Source of the DNA: Harriotta raleighana
Taxonomy: Eukaryota
NCBI GenBank assembly: GCA_050575255.1
Contig: JBNZDD010013691.1
Coordinates: forward strand, 6,137,982-6,201,981
DNA: 64,000 bases
Direction: 5' to 3'
The translations under genes and the position numbers were made by a program. Of this stretch, positions 39,712 through 52,660 are shown in pieces (positions within the stretch are counted from its first letter, which is position 1; each line of letters starts with the position of its first letter). The notes under the pieces are model-generated. The model ran no database searches and was not told the origin of the DNA. It saw only the letters and a list, made by a program, of their open reading frames with translations.

Positions 39712-41347
39712 CACTAGATTTAGACCGAGGTTGACTGAATAAAAGATTGAGAAGTTACTTTACGATACTCTGGTCGCTTGTTGGTTTAACAAACATGGAG
39801 TGATGAGTTTGAAGAAAAGCAGGGTAACATAGGATAACTATCAGTTTGAAGAATCTGTCATAAAGGAAAATATTCTTTTTGAACACATTTTGAGCCACAA
39901 TGCTCATTTTGTGAAATGTTAAGGCAGATCAACAAGGAATTAAACCTGTCCTACCTGATCCTTGTTCACTCCTCAATCACCTGAGCTGCCTAAAAGATAA
40001 AGAGTGCATTTTCACACTTATGCCAGGAAGCAAACTCGAGACAGTAAACCCCGTGAAAGACAATGACAGTCACAAGATAACAAAATAATTTCTTGCCACA
40101 TTCACCCACTCTTGACCTCACAGAGTAAATAATTCATAATATGCCATTGAGCTATTATTTATTCGTGCATTTATTCAGTACTGAACGATAATTTGTTTGT
40201 TTCAGCAATTCATGTGTCTTGATTCATTTTCACCAAACTGGAGTCCACTGAATCCGTTATTATTTTTATGGAAAGTGGCAACTGGAAGTATATTGATTCA
40301 ACAAGCCAGCTAGCCACCTGTGAACATGATGTTGTCACTGATATTACTCACATTATTTGTTGCACAGAATACTAAGCTTGATGAATGGTTGTACTCATCA
40401 GACTTGTAGACGCAGAATTGTCTCTCACCATTCAAGAAAATTATTGGGGTTTCATCAAATGTAAACCTTTCATAATATTTTTCTGCAGTTTCTCCAATTG
40501 TCCCATGATCAGCAATAATGAATATCGCTGGGGATTTTATTTGTTTGCAGCATTGGCACTGTTTGGTGTCATTCTTGGACTGCATGCAGAACCATTTTTC
40601 AATACATTGTCGACAGTTCAATTCAACATTGCTGGTGAGAGTATTGGACTCTGGGGTGAATGAAAAGTAAATTAAGGAATTATGCATTTGCATTTTAAAA
40701 ATAAATTATTTGCTGCTGTTTCAATTGCACAGATTATCACTGCTTTTTCAGCAGCTGACATAATTGTAAAACCAACATTATGTTTAAAAGTGTCCAGTCT
40801 GAAAGTTCCTCATATATATGCACCTACATATGGAAATGTTCCTGTGCCTGAAATGGAATGTGGATTCTCTCCTCGGAAGCCCTCTGCTTCCCAAATCATT
40901 GTATTATTGTGCATTTTAATGTTCAGTTTTGTCAGTTAACGTAAACTACATTGCTCTTGTGTCATGCAGAATGACAGTTTTTTTAGGTCCCTGTTCTGCA
41001 ATTTTCTTGGAAGCAATTGTGAAGGGCAGAAGTTATTCCTGAACAATAGGAGGGATAGGAAAGCTGGAGGGGTTTCTATATGTGTAAGGGAGATTAAGGC
41101 AGTTGAGCCAGCAGTGCAGGATCAATCACTGTATAAAATCCACTGGTTAGATGTGCTCAATGGGAAAGGTTGGACTAAACTGGAACTGCCCAAATGGAAA
41201 GATATTAGTAGAGAACTGGTGGAGATGTCTTGAAGATATGATAAGGCGCTATATCAAAAGTAAGGATTATTATCATAAAGTTGTTTGTTGGCTGGAACCT
41301 AATTTCAATATATTGACACATCAATGTAGGTACTGTACAATGGTCTT

Positions 41348-42558
41348 CAGTTAACCCTCGTCGAAGGCGACTTTATCGATAGTGAATTCAAGTATATGCG
41401 ATGAAACAAAAGCATCACTTTTTTGAGCAGCATTCGTAAAACTTGTGTATACGCGCTGTTTGGCCGGCCCCCGATTGCATGTACATGGGTGAAGATGCCG
41501 ATAGCTCCTGACTAAATCTGATGATTCCTCGGGTGGCTGGTCTCACNACTGTTTGGCCGGCCCCCGGTTGCATGTACATGGGTGAAGACGCCGATAGCTC
41601 CTGACTAAATCTGATGATTCCTCGGGTGGCTGGTCTCACAGGCATGCGTATTTTTGACAAGGCGGGCAGATCCTGACTATATCCGAAGCCTTTCGCGCAT
41701 GCATTCTGGGTAAATAGAATAACGCTTTGGCCTTGGAGAATCTTCTTGCATTGCATGGTAAATAGAAGAGACACACAGAGAAAGACGGGGATCGTACAGC
41801 AATGTAGGCCAATCTACTTTGTTGTTTTATTGCTTTTTTTTTGTTGCTTTACTGCTTTGTTATCACTTTATTTTAGTAATAAAGCGATAACAAAGCCACT
41901 GTCTCCTTTCTGTGTCCCCAGCACTCTGCCCTCCGAGCGGCTCGCTGCCCCCCATCTCTCCGAGTCCCCCTCCCACCCTGCCTCCGAGCAGCTCGCTGCC
42001 CTGCACCTCCCCGAGTCCNTCTCTCCGAGTCCCCCTCCCACTCTGCCTCCGAGCAGCTCGCTGCCCTGCACCTCCCCGAGTCCCCTCGCGCCTCTGATCG
42101 GCTCTCTCTCCTGCACCTCCGCGAATCCCCCACCGCCGCTGAGCGACTCGCTGACCCGCACCTCCCCGAGTCCCCCCATGCATCCAAGCGCTTCTCTGTT
42201 CCCTCCACCCCCCACCTGCCCGCCACTCCCCCGATTTCTCTCTGCCTCCCTCCCGGGCTGCCCTGATTTGTCCACTTCCTGGGTGGTAGGAGAGACAAGA
42301 GCAGGAATAGTGGGGGTGAGGAGGGGGGGGAGCAACAAGAGTGGGGAGAGGTATGCGGAGCGAGGAGCAGGCCAGCCAGCTGTAGCCTGCCTCAGTAGGT
42401 ACCTTGCATCGGATGTGCTGGAAGCTTGAGGTGGGTCGCCTACGACTGGATTCCTCTAACTCCCCCTTTTCCCATTACTTGTTAAGCTTACGCAACGTGA
42501 TTTTATTGAGTGCACAGTTTTCCAGGAACGTAAACCCGCAATCGATGCGGGTTAACTG
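41348..42558. mobile_element. Tigger-like non-autonomous DNA transposon, family C, with internal GC-rich tandem repeat
   Basis: TIRs cagttaaccc.cg.cg...cgatgcgggttaactg-TA; ~50-bp units ctccgagcagctcgctgccctgcacctccccgagtccc at 41925-42180. Confidence 0.75.
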
Positions 42559-42793
42559 TAATATTTAATCCCCAGTGAAAATGCTTGAAGCCATAATTCT
42601 GTGCTGAGAGAATGTTTCATATGTGTGTGGGGTGGGTGGGATGGGGGCTGATGTTTTAAAAAAATTAAATGCATTTTCAGGAATGACTGTAGGAATTCTA
42701 TCATTCTTTCTCATTTGGTCTTTCCATAGATGAGAGGACAAGCGCCTTATAAAAAAAACTTATCATTTTAAAATATTTACATTTATTTCCCAG

Positions 42794-43038
42794 GATTTTT
42801 GTGGTGGCTGAGCAACATAGCAAAGATGCTATTAATGTCATGGAGACATTTAGCAACATTACCAAAATGATGGAAGCATCATTGACAGCCATCCAGACAG
42901 CAAACACAACTATTCAGGAGGCTAGGACACTGTTCAGGAATGACGCCTTAGCTGTTCTTGAAGAGAAGGCATCAGACAATTTTAACACAGCAGTGACTCT
43001 TAAAGATCATTTGGAACAGGCTCAGACAAAGTTTGAAG
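42794..43038 (+). pseudogene. Laminin alpha-like coiled-coil exon (open, phase 2-1)
   Basis: Acceptor atttatttcccag, donor GAAG/gtacaa. IFVVAEQHSKDAINVMETFSNITKMMEASLTAIQTANTTIQEARTLFRNDALAVLEEKASDNFNTAVTLKDHLEQAQTKFE aligns without gaps to the remembered LAMA2 ILDEAKNISFNATAAFKAYSNIKDYIDEAEKVAKEAKDLAHEATKL. Confidence 0.85.
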
Positions 43039-43444
43039 GTACAATTGAAATTTGTCTGGAACATGTTAGTATACATATGAAAACTTAGATCAATGCTTAA
43101 GAATGAACGAAACAACAGAATATGAGAATATTTAGAGCTATAAAGGGCAATTTCAGGACAGATACTATTAAATGTTTTTTTTACTCAGAGGCTGGGATTC
43201 CTTCATTGGGGTGGCAGATTGTGACAGGGATACATCCCACTGAGGTCTTTTTAAACCTGCAAGTCAAAGCCTTAATTAATAGGGTGGTACAAAGATGGTC
43301 CTTGCTGGACAATCTTGCTGGAAGTTTGACAAACAGTGCCTTCAATAGCAAGCTTTGCAATTATTCCTGGTTGTCCCAACATACACTCTAGGGGCTCCTT
43401 ATCTTGCCAGATTATGTACAATATTCTCTGGTATTCTCAGCAGT

Positions 43445-43762
43445 CTCTAGGCTGCTCCGCGTCCACCACCCTAACAGCCCAATCATCCATGGCTGGGTTT
43501 TCAGCCTCTCTACCTCCACACTCTGGAACTACATCCCGCAATCCCTTCACCTTACTTCCTCCCTTTCCTCCTTCAAGGCCGGTCTCAAGACCTTCCTCTT
43601 CGACCATGCCTTCGGCTTCTCTCCTAACTCTTCCCCCTCTCCTACTCTCCTTCCGCTTTCCTAATGCTCCACCCCTTCTCAGGTCCTGACCTGATTGTTC
43701 AGCACCTTGGAACGTCCTCCCGATGTGAAAGGCACTCTATCAATGTAATTTTGTTATTGTTA
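43445..43762 (+). mobile_element. L2 LINE 3' fragment
   Basis: LWNYIPQSLHLTSSLSSFKAGLKTFLFD followed by the L2 tail. Confidence 0.88.
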
Positions 43763-44007
43763 GTATTATGTTAGCAGGATGGATCCCTCCAGGGAGAGAG
43801 TGGACATCCTATTCCAACCACAGGAGTTTGTCTGTATAGATGGGATGCCTTGAATACTCTGTTGGAACTCTTAGGCATTGTTATGGGTTTCCACATATGT
43901 TAGACACGCGGATAACCAAAACAAAAAATCTAAATTTTCTTCTTGAGATAGAAACCTCATCAAGTAGAGCAGAGTGAGTGTAAACTGGTGTAAGAAGATA
44001 GGAGGTT

Positions 44008-44715
44008 ACAACAACAAAAAATTACACTTGCATAACATCTTTCACGTCGGGAGGACATCCCAAAGCGCTGAACAGTCAGGTTGGGATCCAAGCGGGGGGG
44101 CAGGGTCGGGGGTAGGGGGAGGGTGAAGGAGAGTGGGAGAGGGGGAAGAGTCACGATGGTAGCCAAAGCTGCGGGCGAAGAGGAAGGTCTTGAGACTGGC
44201 CTTGAAGGAGGCAAGGGAGGAAGCAAGGCAGAGAGACTGCGGGATGGAGTTCCATGGTGTGAGGGCTGAAAGCTCGGCCACTGATGGTTGGATGGTTAGG
44301 GCGGTGGACGCGGAGCAGGCCTGAGTCTGCTGAATGGAGAGTGCGGGCAGGCTGATAGGGAAACAGCAGGTCAGAGAGATAGGTGGGGGCAAGGCCATGA
44401 GTGGCCTTGAAAATGAGGATGAGAATCTTGATTTTGATCCTCTGGGTGATGGGAGCCAATGGAGCCGGGCGAGGGTGGGGGTAATGTGGTTGTGGAGCTT
44501 GGTGCATTCGAGGAAATGAGCTGCAGAGTTCTGGATGATCTGCAGCTTGTGAAGCAAAGATCTGGGAAGGGCTATAAAGAGGGAGTTTCCATAGCGGAGC
44601 CTTGATGTGATGAATGCATGGACAAGGGTTTTGGTAGCCTGAGGGGTGAGACAGTGCCTAAGTCTGGTCATGGACCGGATGTGAGGGAGGAAGGACAGTT
44701 CAGGGTCGAACAAGA
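44008..44715 (-). mobile_element. L2 LINE 3' fragment
   Basis: LVHAFITSRL.YGNSL...LQIIQNSAAH...ITPTLARLHWLP on the reverse strand. Confidence 0.92.
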
Positions 44716-45764
44716 CATTTAACAAGAAATAAGAACAATTATGAAACAAAAAGTTCTTTAACGTGTTTTGAAACCCGCAACGTGATTCGTAGAAATCGTT
44801 TGAAGTTTTGAAAACTGCTTGAAATGGCAGCTGATAATGTCATCATACTCTATGGCTACTCACTGTGTCCTGCAATTAATTGGTTTCCTCAGAGGATTTG
44901 AGATAATTAACACAAAAGCACTGTGCGTTTTATATCTTTTCAAGCTTTCTGCATTACATTTGGCTTCACGACTTGTATCCATTACATGTAAACACACAAC
45001 CAAAAGTCTTCTACATAATTAGAATTTTTTGCCACAAACTCAATTACACATGACCCCATTATTAGAAATGATTTGAAGCTGGTTGAAAGAACCTCAGAAG
45101 ATTCATAATTGTTTGAAACATCATCCCTCTTATTATAAACCTTAAAATAATGATTATACTGTATAAGCTCTTGTACGTTATCTTGTTTCCTAAATTGTAT
45201 AATAATAATTCTTACGTACTGTATAAGAATAATCCCTACATGTGATGTAATGCTGTTCATGTCTCAAAATGCCTTACAGGATAAACTGTAAAGTCTTGTG
45301 TTTGAAGTTTGTAAGTGAATGAAAGTGACAACCAATGTGTACAAACAATGTCCCACAAACAGCTGTGAAGTGAATGACACCCAGCGTTTCACATACCCCT
45401 CCATACCACTGTATAGTCCCTGGCATGCACACAGCCCCACACCCCAGACACATAGCAAAACCCCACAGCACACGTACACACAGCCCTTACAGATTTGAGG
45501 GGTGGAGGTGGAGTGGTGGTGTAAAGTGACCTTGTGTAGAGTGGGGAGTTCCCCCACTACACAAGCCCATGGCTGTCTCCCCCAACTACACAAAGACACA
45601 CACACACACACAGCTGCAGGCTAGTGACATTCTGTAATTGAACTAAACAGTGGAACTGAAGTGCAATTCTAGTCCTACTTGTGTACAAAGTATTAACCCA
45701 TTGATTCTCCCCTCCCCAAAGGCACGTAACTCACTCTCTGCTCTATCCCCTCCCCTTCTCTCAT

Positions 45765-46120
45765 AGCATAGTGGTTAGTTCACTCTCCTCTCAAGGGAGA
45801 GGACCCAGGTCCAATTCGATTCCCAGGCAGGTAAGGGTGAAACCTTACACAAGTTTGTTTATACACATATCTCTGTTTATCTACCAAGTAGGAACAATGT
45901 TGTTAGTTTTCACCCATCCTTCCACACTGCCACACAGCCTGCTGCACTTTTCTGGGGGTTATAATCCCTTTACAAAATTATAATTTTGGTTACTCAAACC
46001 GTGACTGTTTGGGACAATGCTGTATGCAATTGCCTGCCACGTTTCGCTCACAAAATGTACAGTCAATTCGCTTCACAGTGTATCCTATGAAATATGTTGA
46101 GACATCTTGATGATTTGATA
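45765..46120 (+). mobile_element. tRNA-derived SINE (long subfamily)
   Basis: tagcatagtggttag head and body homologous to the 19015 copy. Confidence 0.7.
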
Positions 46121-46700
46121 ACAACAAAATAATAACAAAATTTCACTTGTATAGCGCTTTTCACCTCAGGAGAATATCCCAAGGAGCTGGACAGTCCTTG
46201 TTTCAGATCTGCTTGGGTCGGGGACTGGGAGAGTTGAGAGAACGGGGGGGATTTGGGGTGATGGATGGGACTGTTGAAGAGAAGAGTCTTGAGGCGGGAC
46301 TTGAAGGAAGCCAGGGAAGGAGCGAGGCAGAGGGTCTGCGGGATGGAGTTCCAGCTGTTGGGGACAGAGTGGCTGAAGGCTCACCTGCCAATGGTGGGGC
46401 AGATGTGTCGGGGGACTAAGCAGAGGGAGTGGGCAGGTTGGTAGGGTGTTAGGAGGTTGCAGATGTAGGTTGGGGTGAGGCCGTTGAGGGCTTTGAAAGT
46501 GAGCACCAGGTTCTTGAATTGGATCCTCTGAGAGATGGGGAGCCAATGGAGTCAGGCGAAGATGGGGGAGATGAGGTAATGAAGCTTGTAACAGGAGAGG
46601 TCACAGGCCGCAGAATTCTGGATTATTTGCAAACTGTAGAAGGAGGAATTGGGAAGGCCAACAAGAAGGGCATTTGCGAAGTTGAGCTGGTATATAATAA
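46120..46700 (-). mobile_element. L2 LINE 3' fragment
   Basis: Reverse-strand HWLPISQRIQFK motif and L2 tail. Confidence 0.85.
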
Positions 46701-46844
46701 AGCCACTGTATCAAATGAAAGGAATACAGTATTATTATTTTGTTTATACTATTTTATTTCTTCATCTATTTTACTATGTTTAATGAAGGGAAGAAAACTT
46801 AATTGCTTGTTTCATTTTGTTTCTCCTATTTTGTGTACTCTCCC

Positions 46845-47425
46845 TCCCGCATCATGCTCCGTGACCACATCACTCCAACCTTCACCCATCTCCTCTGGCT
46901 CCCCATCCCCCAGAGGATCGAATTCAAGATGCTCGTCCTCAATTTCAAGGCTATTCACGGCCTTGCCCCCACCTATCTCTCTGACCTATCTCTCTCTCTA
47001 TCAGCCTGCCCGGCTCCTCCGTTCAGTGGGCTCTGGCCTACTCCATGTCCTCAGCCCGAACCGCCTCACCAGCAGTGGCTGGGTTTTCAGCCTCTTTGCC
47101 CCCACACTCTGGTACTCCATCCTGCAATCCCTTTGCCTCGCTTCCTGCCTTTTCTCCTTCAAGACGGGTCTCAAGAATTTTGTCTTCAACCATGCCTTCT
47201 GCTGCCCTCCTAATTCTCCCCGCTTTTCTACTCTCCTTCTCACTGGCCCTACCCTGTCTTTTGCCCCCCTGCTCAGGTCCCAACCTAACTGTTCAGTGCC
47301 TTGGGACGTCTNACTGGCCCTACCTTGTCTCTTGCCCCCCTGCTCAGGTCCCAACCTAACTGTTCAGCCTTGGGACGTCTTCCCGACACGAAAGGAACTC
47401 TATAAATGTAATTTTGTTGTTATTG
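46845..47425 (+). mobile_element. L2 LINE 3' fragment
   Basis: DHITPTFTHLLWLPIPQRIEFKMLVL motif and L2 tail. Confidence 0.88.
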
Positions 47426-48497
47426 TTAATGAAATTGGATACTTATTCCAAGGCTGTTTGTAGGGCATTGTTGCGTGGAAAACTGGCTGCCGGGTTTACT
47501 GTATATCCTGTGAAGCATTATGAGACATCTCGATGAATGATAAAGTGTTGTTGCAAATGCAAGGATTATTATTAGAATGTTATTTTTCCCCTTTTTTCTA
47601 ACTAGCTATCTTATCCCCACATTTCAAGGTAGACACTGTCACTTAATGCCCTTCATGAACCAGTATGATGATGCAACAATACAAGATAATGAAAGAAAAA
47701 GAGCTTGTATTTTTATAGCAACAAATTTATGGCATTCTGTTATATTTAGATATCTCAAAGGGCTTCACTGGTAAATACTGACCCATGTTAAAAACTGCAA
47801 ACACCACACAAATTGTCAGGACTTGGAACTCACATAGCCTAAGGCAGTGGCTTCCAAACTTTAAATAACAGCGCAACCCACTTCCCCTAACTCAGTAGCA
47901 TTTGAATAGCAATGACCACCTATCAATCAGGCTGATCCATATCTCCCACTCAACTTACTCTACCATCATGGCCGGGCTTTTACCTTTCTACTCCCACCCT
48001 TTGGAACTCCATTCCACAATTCCTTTGCCTTGCTCCCTCCCTTGCCTCCATCAAGGCACGACACAGGACCCTCGTTTTTAATTGGGCCTTTAGCCGCCGT
48101 CCTGCTTCTCTGTCCTCCCTCACCCCAACTCTACTTCCCCATGCTTGTATCCTAATCTCCGATGGTGAAAGGAGCTTCACAAATACAATTTTATTTGTAT
48201 TGTAACTTTCTCAGTTTACGTATTCAAGGTGTTCTCTCCATGGAGAGTGTATGCACTCCATTCCACACAAGGGAAATGTCCATGCCTATGTTGTCCATGC
48301 CATGCTCAGTAGTTTGAATCACCCTTAGACATGTTGATCATATTGGTAGACACTTGGCTGACCAAAAGCAGATATGTCCGATTGACTTGTTTAGCTATGG
48401 TGAACACTGAAACTGAGCTATAAAAGATGGCACTTTGTTGTCCATCAGTCATCAGTCTGATGAGACAAGATATGAGCTTTATAAGAATCTACAACCA

Positions 48498-49390
48498 TAG
48501 TAAAACCTTGTTTATCCATGACTCAAATAACCGGAAAACCCGTTCAACCTCCATCTCAAAAAAAAAGTCCCGATTCGATTAACCGGAAGTTATCCGGCAA
48601 ATAGTAATGATGCATTTAATATCGGGTCTAAACTCGTTCCTGCTCCTTTTAAAAGTTTTTTTTTTATTCTCGTTCAGATGAGTGCTGCCGTTGCGAAGTT
48701 AAGTCTACGTAATAAATACTGATGCAGGTAGCGGCCAGAGAGAGAGAGGGCATGAGGGAGGGAGCTGGGGGTGGGGAAATGGAGAGATGGAGGAAACAGG
48801 GAGAGAGAGAGGGGGAGAGAGAGGGATGGGGGGGAATGGTGAGATGGAGGAAAGGGAGATAGAGGGAGGGAGAGAGAGAGGGAGCTGGGTGAATGGAGAG
48901 ATAGAGGAAAGGGAAAGAGAGAGAGAGAGTAATGGGGGAAAGCATAATGGAGTGAGAGAGAGAGAGAGAGAGTGATCCAGGCAGGTTGATGCAGAGAGCG
49001 AGAGAGAGGGAGAGAGAGAGAGAGGAAAATGGGTGGGGGTGAGGGTTGTGGACAAAATTTATATGATGGATTCAGATTGAATATCTTTGAGGGTGTGTGT
49101 CTGTGTGTGTCTGTCTGTCTGTGTGTGCTGGCCGCTAGTCGGGTCTAAACTCACTGGTACTCCTTTTAAAAGTCGCTTTTATTTACCTCAGTCGAATCAG
49201 TGCTGCCGTTGCGAAGTTAAGCAAAAATAATAAAGTACTAATACAATATTCTGTTATTATTTAATCTATTATTAATATGGTATGTGTTAAAATAATTTTT
49301 AATTTAAAAAAATATATATTTTTAAAAAACACGTTCAACCAGAAATCTATTTAACTGCCACTGGAGTGCCGGATAAACAAGGTTTTACTG
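48498..49390. mobile_element. Long MITE related to family A, with internal direct repeat and GA/GT microsatellite
   Basis: TIRs agtaaaaccttgtttatcc...ggataaacaaggttttactg-TA. An ~80-bp direct repeat at 48622-48703 and 49140-49221 flanks a GA-rich tract. Confidence 0.75.
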
Positions 49391-50194
49391 TATAATACAT
49401 TGGGATCTCTCATATGCTGGTTGTTGAAAAATCGCAATCTTTTACGTGAAATCTTTATTATGGAGGGAAATGTTCAGTTCTGTACATGGTGACTCACAGT
49501 GAGGATAGCTGGGTAAGGAGTCACGGATCAGTAGTCCATGAGATGGAACTGAGCATTGAATCACAGAGCAAAGATAGGGAAGATATGAGCTTAGAAGAAA
49601 AGCTGGTTTTCAGCCCAAACCTGGGAATGGTCAATTCCAAGATGGAGAGCAGAAGAAATCCAGTCAGAGTTAAGAAAAGAAAAACTTGAGAGCAGAATTT
49701 GTAAGTGAACATGCCACCCAATTTATGCAACACAAAGTTTGACAAGCAGTCAAAAACCAAGTAATCAATTTATTAGTTGTTGCAAAATTTGATAAGCAAA
49801 AGTAGTGAGCTCTTTTTTCCCACTCCCACTTGGATATGTCTATGGTTGGCATGTACAGCTAGACAAGTCCGCATTCTTCACTGTTTTTTCTAGTTATGAA
49901 TCGAGCAGTTGCTTCCCAATCTTCAGTGTCTCATTTTACTGTAGTTGATAGTGGAGTGTCTCCAAATCTTTAGAGATTCTTGTGATGAACTTTGGCAGCT
50001 GTTCATTCCATTTACTTATCATCCTTCTTTATTCCAATTCTATTTGAAAGAAAGCCCTTCTTTGAAACAACATTTTGACCTGAATCTAATCCCAGTTCTT
50101 TACACTTTGAAATGGTAGCTTCACTTCTTTCTCCTCTGCCTCTGTGAAAAAAAGGAAGTGATGTAGTCATCAATGGCACGCGTGTATATTTGAA

Positions 50195-50625
50195 TTATTA
50201 TTATTTGTAATAATAACACCTTATCAATCATATTATCCAGATGTCTAAAACACTCCTTAGAATATACTATAAAGTGGATTGATTGTGTATTGTGAATCAT
50301 GACAGCCAGTTGTGCACAGCAATGTCCCAAAACAGCCATGGAGTAAGTGACCAATTTTATTTGGGGAATTTGTGGGCCAGGCCCCAGGATAATCTCCCTT
50401 CTCTTTCTGAATAGTGCTATGGGATCTTTAACGTCCATCTGAAGAAGCAGATGGAACCTCAGTATAATATCTCATCCAAAATATGGTATTTCCAACAAAG
50501 TAATACTCCCCCAGCACTGCATTGGAACATCCTCTTAGACTATGTTATCCCAAGTCCTAACAAGGGGCTTGAAACCACAACCTTCTGACTCAGGAGCAGG
50601 AGTGACACTGTGACAGGCTGACATT
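50195..50625 (-). mobile_element. Deu-domain-type SINE
   Basis: gctatgggatctttaacgtccatctgaag core; head cttgaaaccacaaccttctgactcag. Confidence 0.75.
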
Positions 50626-50749
50626 CATCAGTGAAGGTATCAAGAAGAGCAGAATATTTAGTTGGAAGATGGGGAGCACTTCAAGAAGTTTCACTTCTTG
50701 CGACTGACTTGATTTTGAGTTAGATTGAGTTCAAGATTTTCACCCTTAT

Positions 50750-51570
50750 GTGTATAAAATGATATGTGGATTTGACAGGCTGAAAAATGAGCAACTGTTT
50801 CCTCTGGCAAGAGAATTGGGAGCTGGAGGCTGTAATCTTACTGGAGGCTAAACCGTTTAAAAGTATAAAAAGGAAAAAAAAATGATGCAACAGGTGTTGG
50901 GAGTGTGGATTCCACTTGCTGAAGAGGCAGTGGAGGCAGAGTCAGTGGAATTTAGAAGTGGGGAAATAAAATGAATGCTTGATACCCAGGGGATCAAGAG
51001 ATATAAGCAGGGGGCCGGGAGGTGGAATTGAGTTGTGGATTGTCCACAATCGTGGAATGTTAGGATAGACTTGATGGAACGAATAGTCTATTCCTGTGAT
51101 CCTAACCTTTAATTCCCTCCTTAATCTTGCCCTACCTCAAAATCTACCACTTTCCACCCAGTGGGTTCAGTTTGCTTCACGTCCCACAACCCACCTGCCG
51201 TACCATTGGCCCCCACAAGGGCTTTCAGTGTATTTTCCCCCACCCTCTGGAGCTCCACATGTTGTCCCTTCAACTTGCTCCTTCCTTCACAGCATCAACA
51301 TCTACCTTGTGACTTTCTTTGACTGTGAAAGGTCCAGTACAGAGATTAGGAGGATTTTTTTTTCAAAGAGCAGTGAGAGTTGTTCGCACAGGAACTTTGT
51401 GCACATTCAATAAAGACTGAACACATGGATCAGAGAGAATAATATTTTGGGCTATGGAGAAAACACTGGAATATGGAACTAGAAATCAGATAGGCACTCG
51501 TGTGGAGTATTAACAGTGGATGGACTCGATGCGCCCAATTGCCTGTTTCTGAGCTGTATCTTCTCTGAAC
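50750..51570 (+). mobile_element. Cluster of old CR1 and L2 3' fragments
   Basis: CR1-type 3' UTRs at 50750-51095 and 51330-51570 with an L2 piece between them. Confidence 0.6.
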
Positions 51571-52369
51571 CTATAAAACCTTCTGACTCCGAGGTGAGAA
51601 TGCGAACAACTGAGTAGGCGGGAGCAGATTGAAGGCTTTAATAACCCAATCTTTTGAGAGGAGATAGACTTCACACTCTGACCTTGCTAATGATAAATCA
51701 GTAGGTGCGAATGGCGTTAGTTCTGAGTTTCTATAAGCTTCTCACGGATGGTGGGATACAGAGAATGGACATAACCATAGATTGGAGCTGCCCACCGAGA
51801 ACTCTCTCTAAGGCACACACTCCATCAGTGTTCCAGAGTGCAATTGTGACCTTTCTCCAAAGATCACTGGCCTCCACCACCAGCTTGAGTGCAAACTTTA
51901 GCACATTCTCTCTATGTGAAGAGTATTCTCTAAATGTAAATTAGAATTTGTATTGTATTTTGAGAGATGGCATTTACCAGTGTAAAATATATCCTGTGTA
52001 CAATACCAAATTGGAAATGAAAAAGAAAAGGCATTGCAGGAACAGTACACAATAGGGGTGAAAATGTAATAATACATTATTTTTCAGCAGCAAATTCAAT
52101 GCAACGGCCAATTGAGAAAAAAAAACTACTTCCTTAAGCTTTGAATTTACCTCTGTGCAATCTATCATTGGTTTCCATCCAGATTTTAGTGTACAATCTA
52201 TACAATTTTTTTCATTTAAGTTTGGTCTATTCTATTCTAACCATAGAAATTTACAGCACAGAAGTCCATTCAGCACATTATGCCTGTGCTGGCTCCATTA
52301 AGAACAATCCTTTCAGGTCTATTTTCCCATACTCCTGCAGTTTATTCTAAACTGAGAAAGTAAACCTAG

Positions 52370-52660
52370 AACAACACAACAACAAACAAACAAACAACAA
52401 AAGTACATTTATAGAGTGCCTTACACACGAGGAAGTGATCCCAAGGAGCAGAACTGTCAGGGGTTGGGGCCATAGCAGAGGGAGGGGCAGGGTAGGGAAG
52501 AGGGGAGGGAGGGAGCCGGGAGGGCTGTAGAAAGCATGATTGAAAACGAGGGTCTTGAGACTGGCCTTGAAGGAGGCAAGGGAGGAAGAGAGGAGGACGG
52601 ACTGCTCGATGGAGTTCCAGAGTGCGGGGAAAGAGAGGCTGAAAACCCAGCCACCGAATA
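52370..52660 (-). mobile_element. L2 LINE 3' fragment
   Basis: Reverse complement of the L2 tail and of a FKASLKTL-type motif. Confidence 0.82.

Noticed and set aside
41456-41640. ~90-bp tandem duplication; similar cases at 42019 and 47312
   Set aside because: Each is centred on a single n and is probably an assembly overlap.
48735-49130. GA- and GT-rich ORFs
   Set aside because: Microsatellite inside a MITE; low-complexity translation.
49486-49705. 67-aa ORF ending RRNPVRVKK, followed by gtaagt
   Set aside because: Could be the tail of an LTR-element polyprotein or chance. No LTR, no compatible splice phase and no laminin similarity seen.
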